A stretch of DNA of 63,048 nt, the filler included, from Octopus bimaculoides (lineage: Eukaryota): the NCBI RefSeq assembly GCF_001194135.2. It is 4 parts of 4 records of this genome, joined end to end, with 100 filler letters (N's around TTAATTAATTAA, not from the genome) between each part and the next. Parts side by side here need not be neighbours in the genome. Positions count along the whole stretch, not along the records: positions 32,706 to 56,168 come from NC_068992.1; positions 56,269 to 63,048 come from NC_068981.1; 2 more parts are not named here. One strand, given 5' to 3'. Position numbers and translations under genes: made by a program. A model generated the notes under the pieces. The model saw only the letters and a program-made list of their open reading frames with translations. It ran no database searches and was not told the origin of the DNA. Below are positions 50,773 to 63,048 of this stretch, in pieces (the stretch's first letter is position 1; each line of letters starts with the position of its first letter).

Positions 50773-50999
50773 ATATATATGCCATTCAAGTTTAAGAGTC
50801 ATTGGACCCGTTAATTTTTTAATGGTGATAGTAGTAAATATAATCGGTACATATATATTAAGAGTGTTGTCGTAATTGCATAATCTCATTGAAACACTGA
50901 TAGAGCATAAATACGATGTACCTTATACCAGCAGTGAAAATTCTGTCGTTAATATCAGAAACGGTGTATATAGAAATAATTCTAACGACAACTTACATG

Positions 51000-52630
51000 C
51001 TTCCCATTATATCATTTATAAAAGAACAGATCCCACGACAACTGTAAACAGTAATCGAACCTGCAACGGCGATATTTCAATTTTTTCACCAAATAGTTCC
51101 TTTAACCTTTCACCTCTGACTCTCTCAAGCAAGACCGCCCTGTAATCCTCGGTACATTCCCTCCCTCATAACTTGACTAATTACACTTTTCATTTTTGTA
51201 ATCTTTCCATCTCTACACTCTTCTTATAGTTTATCATCGTTCGGATGTGTTTTCCTTTTGGTACCAACTCCTGTTTTCCGTCGTTATTCTCTCCTGATGT
51301 TCCTGGTATTGGTGTCCCATCCTTCTCCGTATCTCTCTTACTCTTTATTGTGTCTATTTCTCTTCTCTATTCATTTTCTTTCTGCGCACTTCCCTCCTCC
51401 TCCTCCGTAATTTTCCTTTTTGGTATCTCTGGTCTTTCGCATTGAATCTCCTCTATATTTTCTTTTCTCTTTTTCTGTGGACTTTTGGGTGGTGAATTAT
51501 TTTCTTCTTTCTTTTTCCAAGTGTATACTTTTCTCCTACATTTTCTATCTTTTTTGCTTACTTGCATTTCTACCTCCGCTCTTTGTTCCTCTTCCTCTTT
51601 CTGTGTCTCTTATTCTACTTCCTTTTCTTGTTACTGGGGACACCTTGCTTTCATGTGTCCCCTTATTCCACAAAGAAAACATACCCGCGATCTTCCTCCC
51701 ACCACTATTCTCAACCTTGCTTCGTCCGGCAGAATCAGTTCTTCCGCAATCTTGTGGAGGTCTGGCAAACTTATATGGACCAATACCTCTAGTCCATACC
51801 CCAAGCAGTTTACCTCCGTAATTCTTGATATTTTTATTATCTCGGTATCCTACTCATCAATTTCTAGGAGAACTCTACCTATTCTTACTTTGACCGCACG
51901 TTTGCCACAGTAAGTCGGTAGCAGCGCCCACTCTGCTGATCTCAAAGGCACAGTGGAATACTCCCTCGCTTCTTCTTCACTCACGAAGCGTACCTCCACT
52001 GTGCCGTATTTCCTTCCTCTAGTGTAGTACGTCACTACGTTCTTTATTTCTCTGAGGCACTCCTCGACCGTCTCCACCGCTGCTATTTCCACCTTTTTTG
52101 TTGCAATTTTCAATGTTCTATACACAATTGTTACTTTCTTCGTTATTCCTGTAACTTCTTGGGGGCAGGGGGCATCAACCTCAGGCTATCTCCCTCCTTT
52201 CTTAATAAATAATTGTATTTTTTGATGTCTTTCTCCTGCAATTTAATTTCTCTGACTCGCAGCATAACTGTCCGCTTGCATTGGTATACTTTCCATATTA
52301 TTCACGACTTCCCCCATAAATGGGGAAGAAAATTAAAAAACGGTAACAACAAGTTTAACAAGTAACAACAATCCAACAATTCTATAAATAACAGTTAAAG
52401 AAAAACGGTACTCACAAGGAGCGTATACATTTCCAACTCACTAACGACAACGCCGACGTCCTCTCAACGATTAACTAGAGATGAATTTTAAAATGAGAAT
52501 ATCTGAAATGAACTCGACAGCTCTCAGAAATGAGAACATTATAAATAAACCCGGCCGCTCTCAAAAATTAAGTAAAACAAAACGGGAAAATAATCCAGAG
52601 ACCTTGTCCGGTACATGATCGATCTCAAAA
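51000..52630 (-). mobile_element. Decayed L1/Tx1-type ORF1 (gag-like) element with 5' UTR; no ORF2 seen
   Basis: SYAARV start, RRM-like segment (KYGTVEVRFVSEEEA...KVRIGRV), zinc knuckle CFLCGIRGHMKARC (C-x2-C-x4-H-x4-C), then a Glu/Lys-rich tail; several stops and frameshifts. Confidence 0.7.
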
Positions 52631-52892
52631 GGTGGGCGTAGGAAATTTAGTAACAGTAATAAATAGCTTATCCTTATCTAATACAACGCAAAGTTAACAA
52701 ATTCACCATTCAAAATAGTTTCAAATGTGGAGGTAATAATAAGGTCTACTCAGGAATTTTTAAATGAATAGTATCAGACCCTTTTGGTTTTCTCTTCTCT
52801 TAAATTCAGGCCTTCCTTTAGTATTCCTGTTGTTTCAGATCGATGTATAGATGTGTGTATATATGTAAGTATACTGTAAAGTATTAATATGT

Positions 52893-53150
52893 ATGGCGTA
52901 GTGGTTAAGAGCGCAGGCTACTAACTTCAAGATTCTGAGTGCGATTCAAGGCAGTGACCTGAATAATTAATAATAATAATAATAATAATAACAACAACAA
53001 CATCGAAAAATATCTTAGGAATGAGAAACCAGATTCGAAATTTTCCCAAGACACCTGATGAAGGCTGGAGGGTATATCAGCCGAAATGTTGTTTTAACAA
53101 CAAACAAGATGAGGACAAATATTTGTCAAATGTAAATAATGTAAATAATG
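52893..53150 (+). mobile_element. tRNA-headed SINE-like element with (AAT)n spacer and hammerhead-like 3' part
   Basis: A box TGGCGTAGTGGT, degenerate B box GTGCGATTC, (AAT/AAC)n, CTGATGA-stem-GAAA motif, tail aatgtaaataatgtaaataatgt. Confidence 0.65.
53051..53094 (+). ncRNA. Minimal type I hammerhead-ribozyme-like motif (degenerate)
   Basis: ACAC-CTGATGA-A-GGCTG(gagggtatat)CAGCC-GAAA-T-GTT-GTTT: perfect 5-bp stem II, stem I 3 of 4 pairs, loopless helix III. Confidence 0.55.
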
Positions 53151-54716
53151 TATATAACATATATATTTAAACATATACTAGTGTTATTCAATTTCTGAAC
53201 TGTTTTACTCTAAGGTAGAGACGCGAGTAAAGTAAGAGAAATGAAAATAAAACTTTGGAAACTGCCTAAAAGGAAATAATTGCGAAAGACTTGAAAGTCA
53301 ACGTAATATCGTAATCATGTAAAGTAAAGTAAATATATAAATAATTCAGAATCCCTGTCCAGTGCAGGATCGATCTCAAAATATAATGAGTTCGTGCCAG
53401 TCACGACGCAAAACATTCTTGAATGTTTCATCTGAATTAAACCAGTGGTTCTTGAGTGGAGCTAATAAAACTTTTCAGAAGGAAATAAAATTATATTATG
53501 AAAATCTAAATATCATTGTTTTAAAGGCAATATATGCACAAATCTACATTTTATGTATTAAATATTAAGTGGTTTATTTTAGAAACTGCACAACCATACA
53601 GGAATGGGAGCTTCACATCAGAGACGCAATGTGTCTTTTCTTTGGACGATTTTGACTTAAGGCAGTAACATTTTGAAAAACATGAACTGAATTGTTAGCG
53701 CCTTGTATGCACACATTTTTATATAAATATAAGCCTTCTTGAATTTCGCTTAGGTTCAGAGAAAGAGTTGATTCCTAAATGATTAATGAATAGTCTATAT
53801 TGATATGTTTTAATATGTATGGGTCCCTGTGATTTGTGCATGTGTGTAGTACATATGCATATGTATGTACCTATGTAATTCTTTGTATATATGTGTGTAT
53901 AAGGGTGAATATGTGTATATGCAAGGATCTGCGTTGTTAGTTACTAATTAAATGTATTAGTTTAAAATATTACTTAAACAACAACGCAATTTCATTGATT
54001 CGCATGTATAGTGTTTAAAACGTTTATATTATCGGCTTCAAATTTTGCGTCGGGGCAAGAAATTTTTGTGGGATGAGGGAAGTCGATTACATCGACCCCA
54101 GTACATAATTAACATTTATTTTAATGATCACGAAATGATAACTGTCAAGTTTGGCCTCGACGAAATTTACACTCAGAAGCTCAACAGAAATGAAATGCCA
54201 CTACTTATTTTGTCCGGCCCAATAACGATTCAGCCAGCTCGCCTCATTAAATATATCTATACTGTTNNNNNNNNNNNNNNNNNNNNNNNNNNNNNNNNNN
54301 NNNNNNNNNNNNNNNNNNNNNNNNNNNNNNNNNNNNNNNNNNNNNNNNNNNNNNNNNNNNNNNNNNNNNNNNNNNNNNNNNNNNNNNNNNNNNNNNNNNN
54401 NNNNNNNNNNNNNNNNNNNNNNNNNNNNNNNNNNNNNNNNNNNNNNNNNNNNNNNNNNNNNNNNNNNNNNNNNNNNNNNNNNNNNNNNNNNNNNNNNNNN
54501 NNNNNNNNNNNNNNNNNNNNNNNNNNNNNNNNNNNNNNNNNNNNNNNNNNNNNNNNNNNNNNNNNNNNNNNNNNNNNNNNNNNNNNNNNNNNNNNNNNNN
54601 NNNNNNNNNNNNNNNNNNNNNNNNNNNNNNNNNNNNNNNNNNNNNNNNNNNNNNNNNNNNNNNNNNNNNNNNNNNNNNNNNNNNNNNNNNNNNNNNNNNN
54701 NNNNNNNNNNNNNNNN

Positions 54717-54755
<39 letters not shown>

Positions 54756-55318
54756 CACCGCATTTTTCGGCATATAAGCCGCGGTCTTTTTCTAAAAATC
54801 TGACCCTTAAAATCACTGAGCATCCTTTATGGTGAAGGTCAGGTTTGAGGTTCAGCTTTGGACCTTGGTATGCCCCTTGTTTAACAATAGAAACAACTCA
54901 GCTGTACACGATGTGCACAGATATTGTACATGCTACATGTACTCATTCTCTATCCCCACACCCTGTAATTATCAGTACTTGGATTCGCGGTTTTCCGGGG
55001 AGCTTTGTTGAATACGTCTGGAGAGACACTGCTCAATGCACTTACCAGTAATTATGTTTACTTTCTACTTAATCTCAGCACTACACATCTTAGCGTTTCT
55101 ACTTCCCTAAACATTGCGGCTTCATTGATAATTTAACCCTAGGGGCAATGCTTATGAGTAAAATGAGCTCATAATGCCGTAATCAAAGTTTACTTACCGT
55201 AACATGCACTTACCATCTTCGCTTACCAAACCAAAACAATGGAAGTAGCGCCCCCACTCGTGTGGCTTTGAAACTAACATGCAACACTGGCGCAGATTTT
55301 GAACTCGCCTTCACTTAC

Positions 55319-55507
55319 TCACGACTGTACTGGAAACCACACATGTTTCCGTATGGTTATCTTTGAAACTACCAGAATGCCATAACACTTTAGACATGGG
55401 ATATTCTATAAGTGACTGATAATTCGTTAAAATACTGGCTGTGGTAAAGCAAACCACATTTGCATAGGCGTTTACAGATTTCCAACCAGTAACCGTTGTT
55501 ATATTTC
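55319..55507 (-). CDS. Possible orphan internal exon of an unidentified gene
   Basis: Acceptor ttacttattgatacag; open phase-1 frame GNITTVTGWKSVNAYANVVCFTTASILTNYQSLIEYPMSKVLWHSGSFKDNHTETCVVSSTV; two overlapping consensus donors (gtgagt, gtaagt). No homology recognised. Confidence 0.3.
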
Positions 55508-56882
55508 CTGTATCAATAAGTAACAGTATCGTATAAATAAAACAAATCTTCAATGAAGCACGAGACAACGTAAGTGATAACGAAAATGGAGAGAGAGAAA
55601 GAGGGTGAGAGAGAGGCGGCGAGCTGGCAGATGCGTCAGCACGCCGGGTGAAATGCTTAGCGGTGTTTCACCTGTCTTTACGTTCTGAGTTCAAATTCCA
55701 CCGAGGTCGAATTTGCCTTCATACTTTCGGAGTCGATATGTTAAGGAGCAGTTGCGTACTGTGGTGGATCTAATTGACTAGTCTCCCTTCCCCAAAATTC
55801 CGGGCCTTGTGCCTAGAGTAGAAATGAATTGTCCCCTGTATGTGACTGCTTATTCAAGAGTTCTTCACATGATTTGAAGGTAACATACATAGAGGCGGGG
55901 AATATATATATACCGGATGGCATTACATCTGGCGCTCTACCGACACTGTTAATTTGCTTGTTAGGTGTTTTTAAAAGGAGTTTTCGAATTTCTTTTCCCT
56001 TACAAAAAGAACGAAACAGAAATCAGATGATTTCAGGAGATCAATTACCGTTGTTTTCATGACATATTCTTACATACACACTCACATACAAACAAACAAA
56101 CATACATACATATGTACATATATGTATATATATATATATATTTATGCATATATATATATATATATATANNNNNNNNNNNNNNNNNNNNNNNNNNNNNNNN
56201 NNNNNNNNNNNNTTAATTAATTAANNNNNNNNNNNNNNNNNNNNNNNNNNNNNNNNNNNNNNNNNNNNTTTTTTTCTTCCCGCGATCCCTTTTGATCCAA
56301 ATCATCCCCCCCCCCAAAGCTCTACTTTGTAATTTGTCCATTTTCTGTATTTAGCCCTGTGTGGCTATAATAAAAAGATATCTATATATCCATCCACCCA
56401 TTTATAGATACATCCTCTACTCCTTCGATCGAAATCCACCGGTTTGTTCATACGTTCGCCCGTCTATCCATCCATCCATTCATTCATTCATCTATCCATC
56501 TATGCATCTATTCATGCATGTATGCATGCATCCATCATCCATCTTTCAATCCATCGTAAATCTATCCTCACGCACACGTATGCACACCCAACACACAAGC
56601 ACACATGCGCACGCACGCACACACACAGAGTTACACATACACATACAGTCACAAAGCCATGCATACACACTCACACAAAATCACAAATGTTTATCTAGTT
56701 TCATTCATTAATAGATGCAAACGATTCAATACTAACTTGGTTGAGGCATATATCAAAGTGATAAGTCTTAATTAGTCGTTTAGCGAAAGGAAAAAGTAAT
56801 CGAAAGCTGGCCATACATTCAATGAAAGCCAACGTGAAGTGGTCAGTTTATTCGACTTTTCTCTTATGCACACACAAACAAA

Positions 56883-56940
<58 letters not shown>

Positions 56941-57350
56941 NNNNNNNNNNNNNNNNNNNNNNNNNNNNNNNNNNNNNNNNNNNNNNNNNNNNNNNNNNNN
57001 NNNNNNNNNNNNNNNNNNNNNNNNNNNNNNNNNNNNNNNNNNNNNNNNNNNNNNNNNNNNNNNNNNNNNNNNNNNNNNNNNNNNNNNNNNNNNNNNNNNN
57101 NNNNNNNNNNNNNNNNNNNNNNNNNNNNNNNNNNNNNNNNNNNNNNNNNNNNNNNNNNNNNNNNNNNNNNNNNNNNNNNNNNNNNNNNNNNNNNNNNNNN
57201 NNNNNNNNNNNNNNNNNNNNNNNNNNNNNNNNNNNNNNNNNNNNNNNNNNNNNNNNNNNNNNNNNNNNNNNNNNNNNNNNNNNNNNNNNNNNNNNNNNNN
57301 NNNNNNNNNNNNNNNNNNNNNNNNNNNNNNNNNNNNNNNNNNNNNNNNNN

Positions 57351-57572
57351 GAGCTGGCAGAAACGTTAGCACGCCGGGCGAAATGCTTAGCGGTATTTCG
57401 TCTGCCGCTACGTTCTGAGTTCAAATTCCGCAGAGGTCGACTTTGCCTTTCATCCTTTCGGGGTCGATTAAATAAGTACCAGTTACGCACTGGGGTCAAT
57501 ATAATCGACTTAATCCGTTTGTCTGTCCTTGTTTGTCCCCTCTGTGTGTAGCCCCTTGTGGGTAGTAAAAAA
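57351..57572 (+). mobile_element. SINE family D
   Basis: gagctggcagaaacgttagcacgccgggcgaaatgcttagcggtatttcg...gagttcaaattcc...ggggtcgattaaataagtaccag. Other copies: 8030-8240, 12110-12265, 16325-16490, 44095-44205, 55615-55830 (+); partial minus copies near 43860-44000 and 54060-54200. Confidence 0.85.
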
Positions 57573-58082
57573 ATAACACACACATACACACACATGAAGG
57601 CGGATGTCTTACTGGTTAGTGTGTTGCACTCGCGATTATACGAACATAATTTTGATTACCAGATCGTGCGTTGCATTATATTCTTGAGTAAAGCACTTCA
57701 GTTCAGGCTACTCTGCGTCATTTCGTCATCTGACATGTGGTAAATAGTGTACCTATACAGGTAATGCCGATTTGATGGATGGAGTGAGCTTATATCTACA
57801 CACACATTTGACTACTATAAACAAATCAACTGTGCGATTGTTCAGCAAAAAATTTGATCCTTTTACTTGTTTCAGTCATTTCACTGCGGCCATGCTGAAT
57901 CGCCGCCTTAAAGGGCTTTTAGTCGAAGAAATCGACCGCAGAACTTATTCCTTGTAAGAATAAGTAATCATTCTATCGCTCAGTTTTGCTGACCGCAGAA
58001 TTACAGGGACGTAAACACACCAACATCGGTTGTCAAACGATGGTGGTGAGACAAACACGGACACAAAGACACACGCATACAA

Positions 58083-58162
<80 letters not shown>

Positions 58163-58163
58163 G

Positions 58164-58905
58164 AGAGACATTCAATAACAGTACTCTAGAGTAAAGATAA
58201 TTTGCCAACATAACCTGGCAGTCCTGATTAGGTCGAATGTTACTGTTATTTAGCCCCAGGAAACATCGTCTCCAGCTAGCTATGCGACACATTATATGCG
58301 TCCTTATATTTTAGATGAAGTTTAGCATCCTCACTCAGCACAAAACAATATCTGTGTATCGCGATTTCTGAGTTATTTCCCTCATCAACATAGAATAACC
58401 TTTCGGTTAGACGTGACGCTGCTAAATTCTTGTGCTGAGTGGGGATGCTAAACTCCCTTGTTCGAAAATATAAGCCAGCTGGAGACGATGTTCCCTGGGG
58501 CTTAATAACAGTAAGATTCGTCCTAACCAGGACTGCCACGTTATGTTGGGAAATAATCTTTACTTTAGAGTACTGTTACTGAATGTCTCTGGCTGGGAGA
58601 TTTACAAATAGTAATTTTCTGTTTTATTAGATCAGTGAGTGTATGTCACTTTGAAAATTATATATTTCGAACAAAAATTTAGCAGCGTCACCACTAGCTG
58701 TGCTCATGAAGAGAACTAACCCAGAAATCGCAATACACGGATATTGTTTTGTGCTGAGTAGAGATGCTAAACTCTCTTGTTCGAAAAGATAAGGACACAT
58801 ATAATGTGTCGCATAGCCAGCTAGAGACTATGTTTCCTGAGGCGAAATAGCAGTAACATTCGTGCTAACCAGGACTGCCACGATAGATTGGCAAATAATC
58901 TTTAT
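58164..58905. mobile_element. Foldback/MITE-like element with ~170-190 bp inverted arms (58164-58590) plus an adjacent inverted partial copy (about 58660-58905)
   Basis: agagacattcaataacagtactctagagtaaag... at 58164 is the reverse complement of ...ctttactttagagtactgttactgaatgtctct ending 58590. The left arm plus spacer recurs in inverted orientation downstream. Confidence 0.75.
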
Positions 58906-58942
58906 TCTCTCTCTACTCTCTCTCTCCCCCTCTTTCTGTGTC

Positions 58943-59003
<61 letters not shown>

Positions 59004-59673
59004 NNNNNNNNNNNNNNNNNNNNNNNNNNNNNNNNNNNNNNNNNNNNNNNNNNNNNNNNNNNNNNNNNNNNNNNNNNNNNNNNNNNNNNNNNNNNNNNNN
59101 NNNNNNNNNNNNNNNNNNNNNNNNNNNNNNNNNNNNNNNNNNNNNNNNNNNNNNNNNNNNNNNNNNNNNNNNNNNNNNNNNNNNNNNNNNNNNNNNNNNN
59201 NNNNNNNNNNNNNNNNNNNNNNNNNNNNNNNNNNNNNNNNNNNNNNNNNNNNNNNNNNNNNNNNNNNNNNNNNNNNNNNNNNNNNNNNNNNNNNNNNNNN
59301 NNNNNNNNNNNNNNNNNNNNNNNNNNNNNNNNNNNNNNNNNNNNNNNNNNNNNNNNNNNNNNNNNNNNNNNNNNNNNNNNNNNNNNNNNNNNNNNNNNNN
59401 NNNNNNNNNNNNNNNNNNNNNNNNNNNNNNNNNNNNNNNNNNNNNNNNNNNNNNNNNNNNNNNNNNNNNNNNNNNNNNTGTTTCAGTCATTTGACTGCGG
59501 CCATGCTGGAGCACCGCATTTAGTCGAGCAAATCGACCCCAGGAATTGTTCTATCGGTCTCTCATGCCGAACCGCTAACTTACGGGAACGTAAACACACC
59601 ACCATCGGTTGTCAAGCGATGTTGTGGGAACAAACACAGACAGACAAGCATATACACACACACACACACACGC

Positions 59674-59720
<47 letters not shown>

Positions 59721-60014
59721 CATATATACGACGGGCTTCTTTCAGTTTCCGTCTGCCAAATCCACTCACAAGGCTTTGTTGGGCCCGAGGCTATAGTAGA
59801 AGACATTTTGCCCAAGTTGACACGCAGTTATTATTTACGTCTGCATGTACATGTATGTATATACAGGCAGCAATTGGCGTCTTGGAAATCTATAGCTGAT
59901 GATACTGGTTTTCACCAACTGGAATCCACTGCTTGACGATGACTTGTTATTGGCTTAAACGATTCCTTCATTTCTGTTTGTTATCTTTGCTCCATTCACT
60001 CTTATAGTCGCTTT

Positions 60015-60704
60015 GGATCCTGTTCAAAACGGGGGCACCAGTTTTCATTTATGTTTTATGTAGTGTTTTTGGTACCGAAAGACTTTCAAACTTCGTATAC
60101 TTATTTATTTTGTGTTATAGAACAGAAAAAAAATTTTGTATTCGAATTTATTTCATGTAAAAAATTGTCTTATTTCGATAATTTCAACCAATCACTGACA
60201 AGTATTCAGATGTTTACACTTACTCCCCTGGCAGTTTAAGCGGTGTAAAGCGTATTTAATCTCCATTTATAATTTCGTTAACATTTGCCTGAACTGTATG
60301 TGTACAACATTTGCTTTTTTCATTTTCTTTCACGCGTGTTTATTTCGTTAACATCTGCCTGAACTGTATGAAAGGTTTATTAGCTACTGCCTAACCCTAA
60401 CCCTACTGCCAATATGCTTCAGCCATTTTTTTGACAAGGAAATAATAATTTTATCACCGCCAGAATCGTTTGAGAATCGTTTGTTTACGTAGTCAGCACT
60501 TAATGAATTCGGCTGAATGGACGTCAGTCATTGGTTGAAATTACAGAAATACGACAACTTTAACATGAAATAACTTGCGATGTACGTTTTTTTGTTAAGA
60601 AGACTAAAAGAAAAAGATGTTTTATATGACACATTCTACCAGTGTCCCAAGTTTCAAAATGTTTCGTTAAGAAAATACTGGTGCCCCCGTTTTGAACAAG
60701 ATCC
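60015..60704. mobile_element. Non-autonomous DNA transposon with 28-bp TIRs and 8-bp TSD (Merlin-, hAT- or P-type)
   Basis: TIR ggatcctgttcaaaacgggggcaccagt (60015-60042) vs 60677-60704 with 1 mismatch; identical GTCGCTTT at 60007-60014 and 60705-60712. Confidence 0.9.
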
Positions 60705-61028
60705 GTCGCTTTTCATATGAATTGCTTGTTAGACAGGACCGATAACATGTATTTAGTTACTATTATAGAAAAATGTTAATTTTGCAGAAGGTATTCCACG
60801 CAGAAATGACACCCGTCATTTTTGACCAGCACTATGCTAACGTAACTAAGGAAACGTAAATATTTGCAAAAATAAAGAACTACAGAAAGAAACAAAAGAA
60901 AGTTAGAGCACAGTTGGAAGGAAATCGACTGCGACAAAGAAAAAGGGAGAGAAATCATTGCATCACGTACACAACCACCACTTTGACATTTACCACCACC
61001 ACCACCACTACAATCATCATCATCATCG

Positions 61029-61080
<52 letters not shown>

Positions 61081-61724
61081 AATCACAATCATCATCACCG
61101 TCGACGTCGTAGTCATCATCAATCTCAGCTCCGCCAATGCTTTCATTATCACCATCACCACTACCCTCATCATCATCGCCACCCACACCGACTCCCTCGT
61201 CCGCCTAAAAGCAACCACCAGCATTATTAGCAGCCATTACAAAAAGACTGATGGCCTGCTGTATAAACAGGCCATCATAGTTATTGTTTACATAACTTGC
61301 ACGAGAGATCAGATTGTGCGAGAATTTTCAACGCAGAGGCAATTAAGTATGAAACGACGCGTGCAACCATGGAAAGCTTTTGAGGTGGTGAGGAGGGTGT
61401 GTATGAGCTTGAGACGGAATGAGTGAGTGCTTGTGGGAATGAAAAGTGAATAGTGAATATTTGTACATCTATAAGTGCATTTATGAATGCATATGTGCAT
61501 GTCCGTCTGTCTTTGTTTAAGTGCACATGCATGTATGTATGTATATATATATGTGTGTGTGGGTGTGTGTGTGCGTGTATGTGCGTGCGTGTGTATGTGT
61601 GTATAAGTGTACGCATATTTATATATGTGTGTGTGTGTGTTTATGCATTATACAAATGCAGGTATATATACATAGACAGACATATATGTGTGTATATTTA
61701 TTTGGGTATGTATATACGTAAGTA

Positions 61725-62950
61725 CAAGTGTTCCTTTGAAATTAAATCAAAAGTGGGCATAACTCTTGTATTAAATGGTATAGGTCATAATCATTGCCGT
61801 TATTGTTAGAGTAACTCACTCTCTGTAGTAACTCTTCTTCATCGCTGACAAAAAAATGGGTTCCAAATAGAAGGAACGTGCTATCATTAGGTTCTTGAAG
61901 AAGGAAGCGTGCAGGCTGTCCGACACCAAGAGAAGAGACGACAGGTTGTCTACAGAAATGATAGCATTGACAAGAGCAATGTGCACGAATGGATGAAGAA
62001 GTTTAATGAAGGAGAAACCAACCTTGAAGACAAACCACACTGCGGGAAACCAGCAACTGCGATAACTGACATGAATCGCCGGCGTGTAGACCAATCAATT
62101 TACGTGGACTGACGATTCACAATCCACAAGCTTGCAGCACAACTGGACTGTGGTCACAATGTGGTCACATTGTATTACAGACGAAAACATTGGGTATTGG
62201 AAAGTGTGCGCAACCTCTATTATTGTCATCCGATTTAAAGTTGAGAAGAGTGGAAACTTGTTGTAATCTTTCGCAAGCGTTTGAAGCCATTGGAGACTGA
62301 GTGACAAGGGATGAAATGTAGCCGTATCATTCCGGAAACAAACGCCCATTCCTTCGAATGGCATCACACCCCTTTTCTAAGGTCTAAGAATTTCAATAGC
62401 TAGCGTTCGGCATAAAAAGTTATGGTGACTGTTTTCAAAAATCTCAATAGTGCCATTATTCTCGAATTTCTGGAACGTGACTTTATTGACAAAAGCAAGC
62501 GTATACTGAAGCACTTAAGAAGCTAAGAGAAGTGTTTAAGAGGAAGTGACCGAAAAAGAATGTCAATGCGAGACCATACACATCTTTCGCAACAAATCAG
62601 ACAATCGGCCAGTCGGGTAGGTCAGCGTACAAATCTGCACTGGCGCTCTCCGATTTCCAACTGTTCGGTCCAATGAACGACAATCTTCGGAGACAACAAT
62701 CTGATGATGTAGATGGGGTGAAATTGGCTGTGAAGAAGTAGGCACAACAGTATGCAGCTTAGATTTTACAAGGAAGATTCAAGAGTCGAGTTCATCAATG
62801 CTGAAAATGCAACGCTTTTGATGGTGACTGTGCAGAATTGTACCTATATGTACAGAAAGAACTGCTCTGTCAACTTGTATAATTTCAAAGATCTATACCG
62901 GATAGTAAAAACGTTATACCCGTTTTAATTAATTTTATAGAACTCTCACA
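61725..62950 (+). mobile_element. Decayed mariner transposon (transposase pseudogene)
   Basis: ERAIIRFL, VHEWMKKFNEGETNLEDKPHCGKP, SDFQLFGPMNDNLR...DDVDGVKLAVKK, ...FDGDCAE; many stops; weak terminal inverted similarity at about 61728-61770 and 62910-62950. Confidence 0.85.
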
Positions 62951-63048
62951 AGTGTGTTTTATGTGTGTATGAGTGTGTGTTTGAATGCACATGCATACAT
63001 GCATACATACATACATACATACATACACACATATATATGTATTTATAT

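Noticed and set aside
614-59936. Long ORFs rich in X, YI, CV or HT
   Set aside because: Artefacts of N gaps and (TA)n/(TG)n/(CA)n microsatellites.
1-63048. CRISPR arrays, rRNA or bona fide tRNA genes
   Set aside because: None seen; tRNA-like boxes occur only as SINE heads, and regular repeats are simple microsatellites.

Overview
AT-rich, microsatellite- and SINE-dense animal genomic DNA. The repeat families and intron style point to an octopus (inference). The window is a patchwork: three 44N-TTAATTAATTAA-44N spacers (16195-16294, 32606-32705, 56169-56268) and three plain 100-N joins (18588-18687, 22793-22892, 26027-26126) split it into separately assembled pieces. (1) 1-16194 is CpG-poor intronic DNA holding four in-frame minus-strand exons of a FRAS1-related ECM protein (FREM2/ECM3-like, Calx-beta repeats). 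(2) 16295-32605 is a multi-copy cluster of a ~6-7 kb unit. From it I reconstruct a small four-exon protein not visible in the ORF track: signal peptide, six-Cys module (C-x7-C-x16-C-x8-C-x7-C-x12-C), and a GPI-type tail. Its exon 3 is far more divergent between copies than the flanking introns, almost entirely by amino-acid-changing substitutions, and two copies have frameshifted away the GPI tail. The model is a composite across contigs. (3) 32706-63048 is mostly retroelement and transposon debris: R4/Dong, Penelope, RTE with three C2H2 fingers, CR1/L2-like, L1/Tx1-type ORF1, mariner and MITEs. It includes a tRNA-headed SINE with a minimal hammerhead-ribozyme-like tail. Most ORFs in the supplied track are microsatellite or N-gap artefacts.
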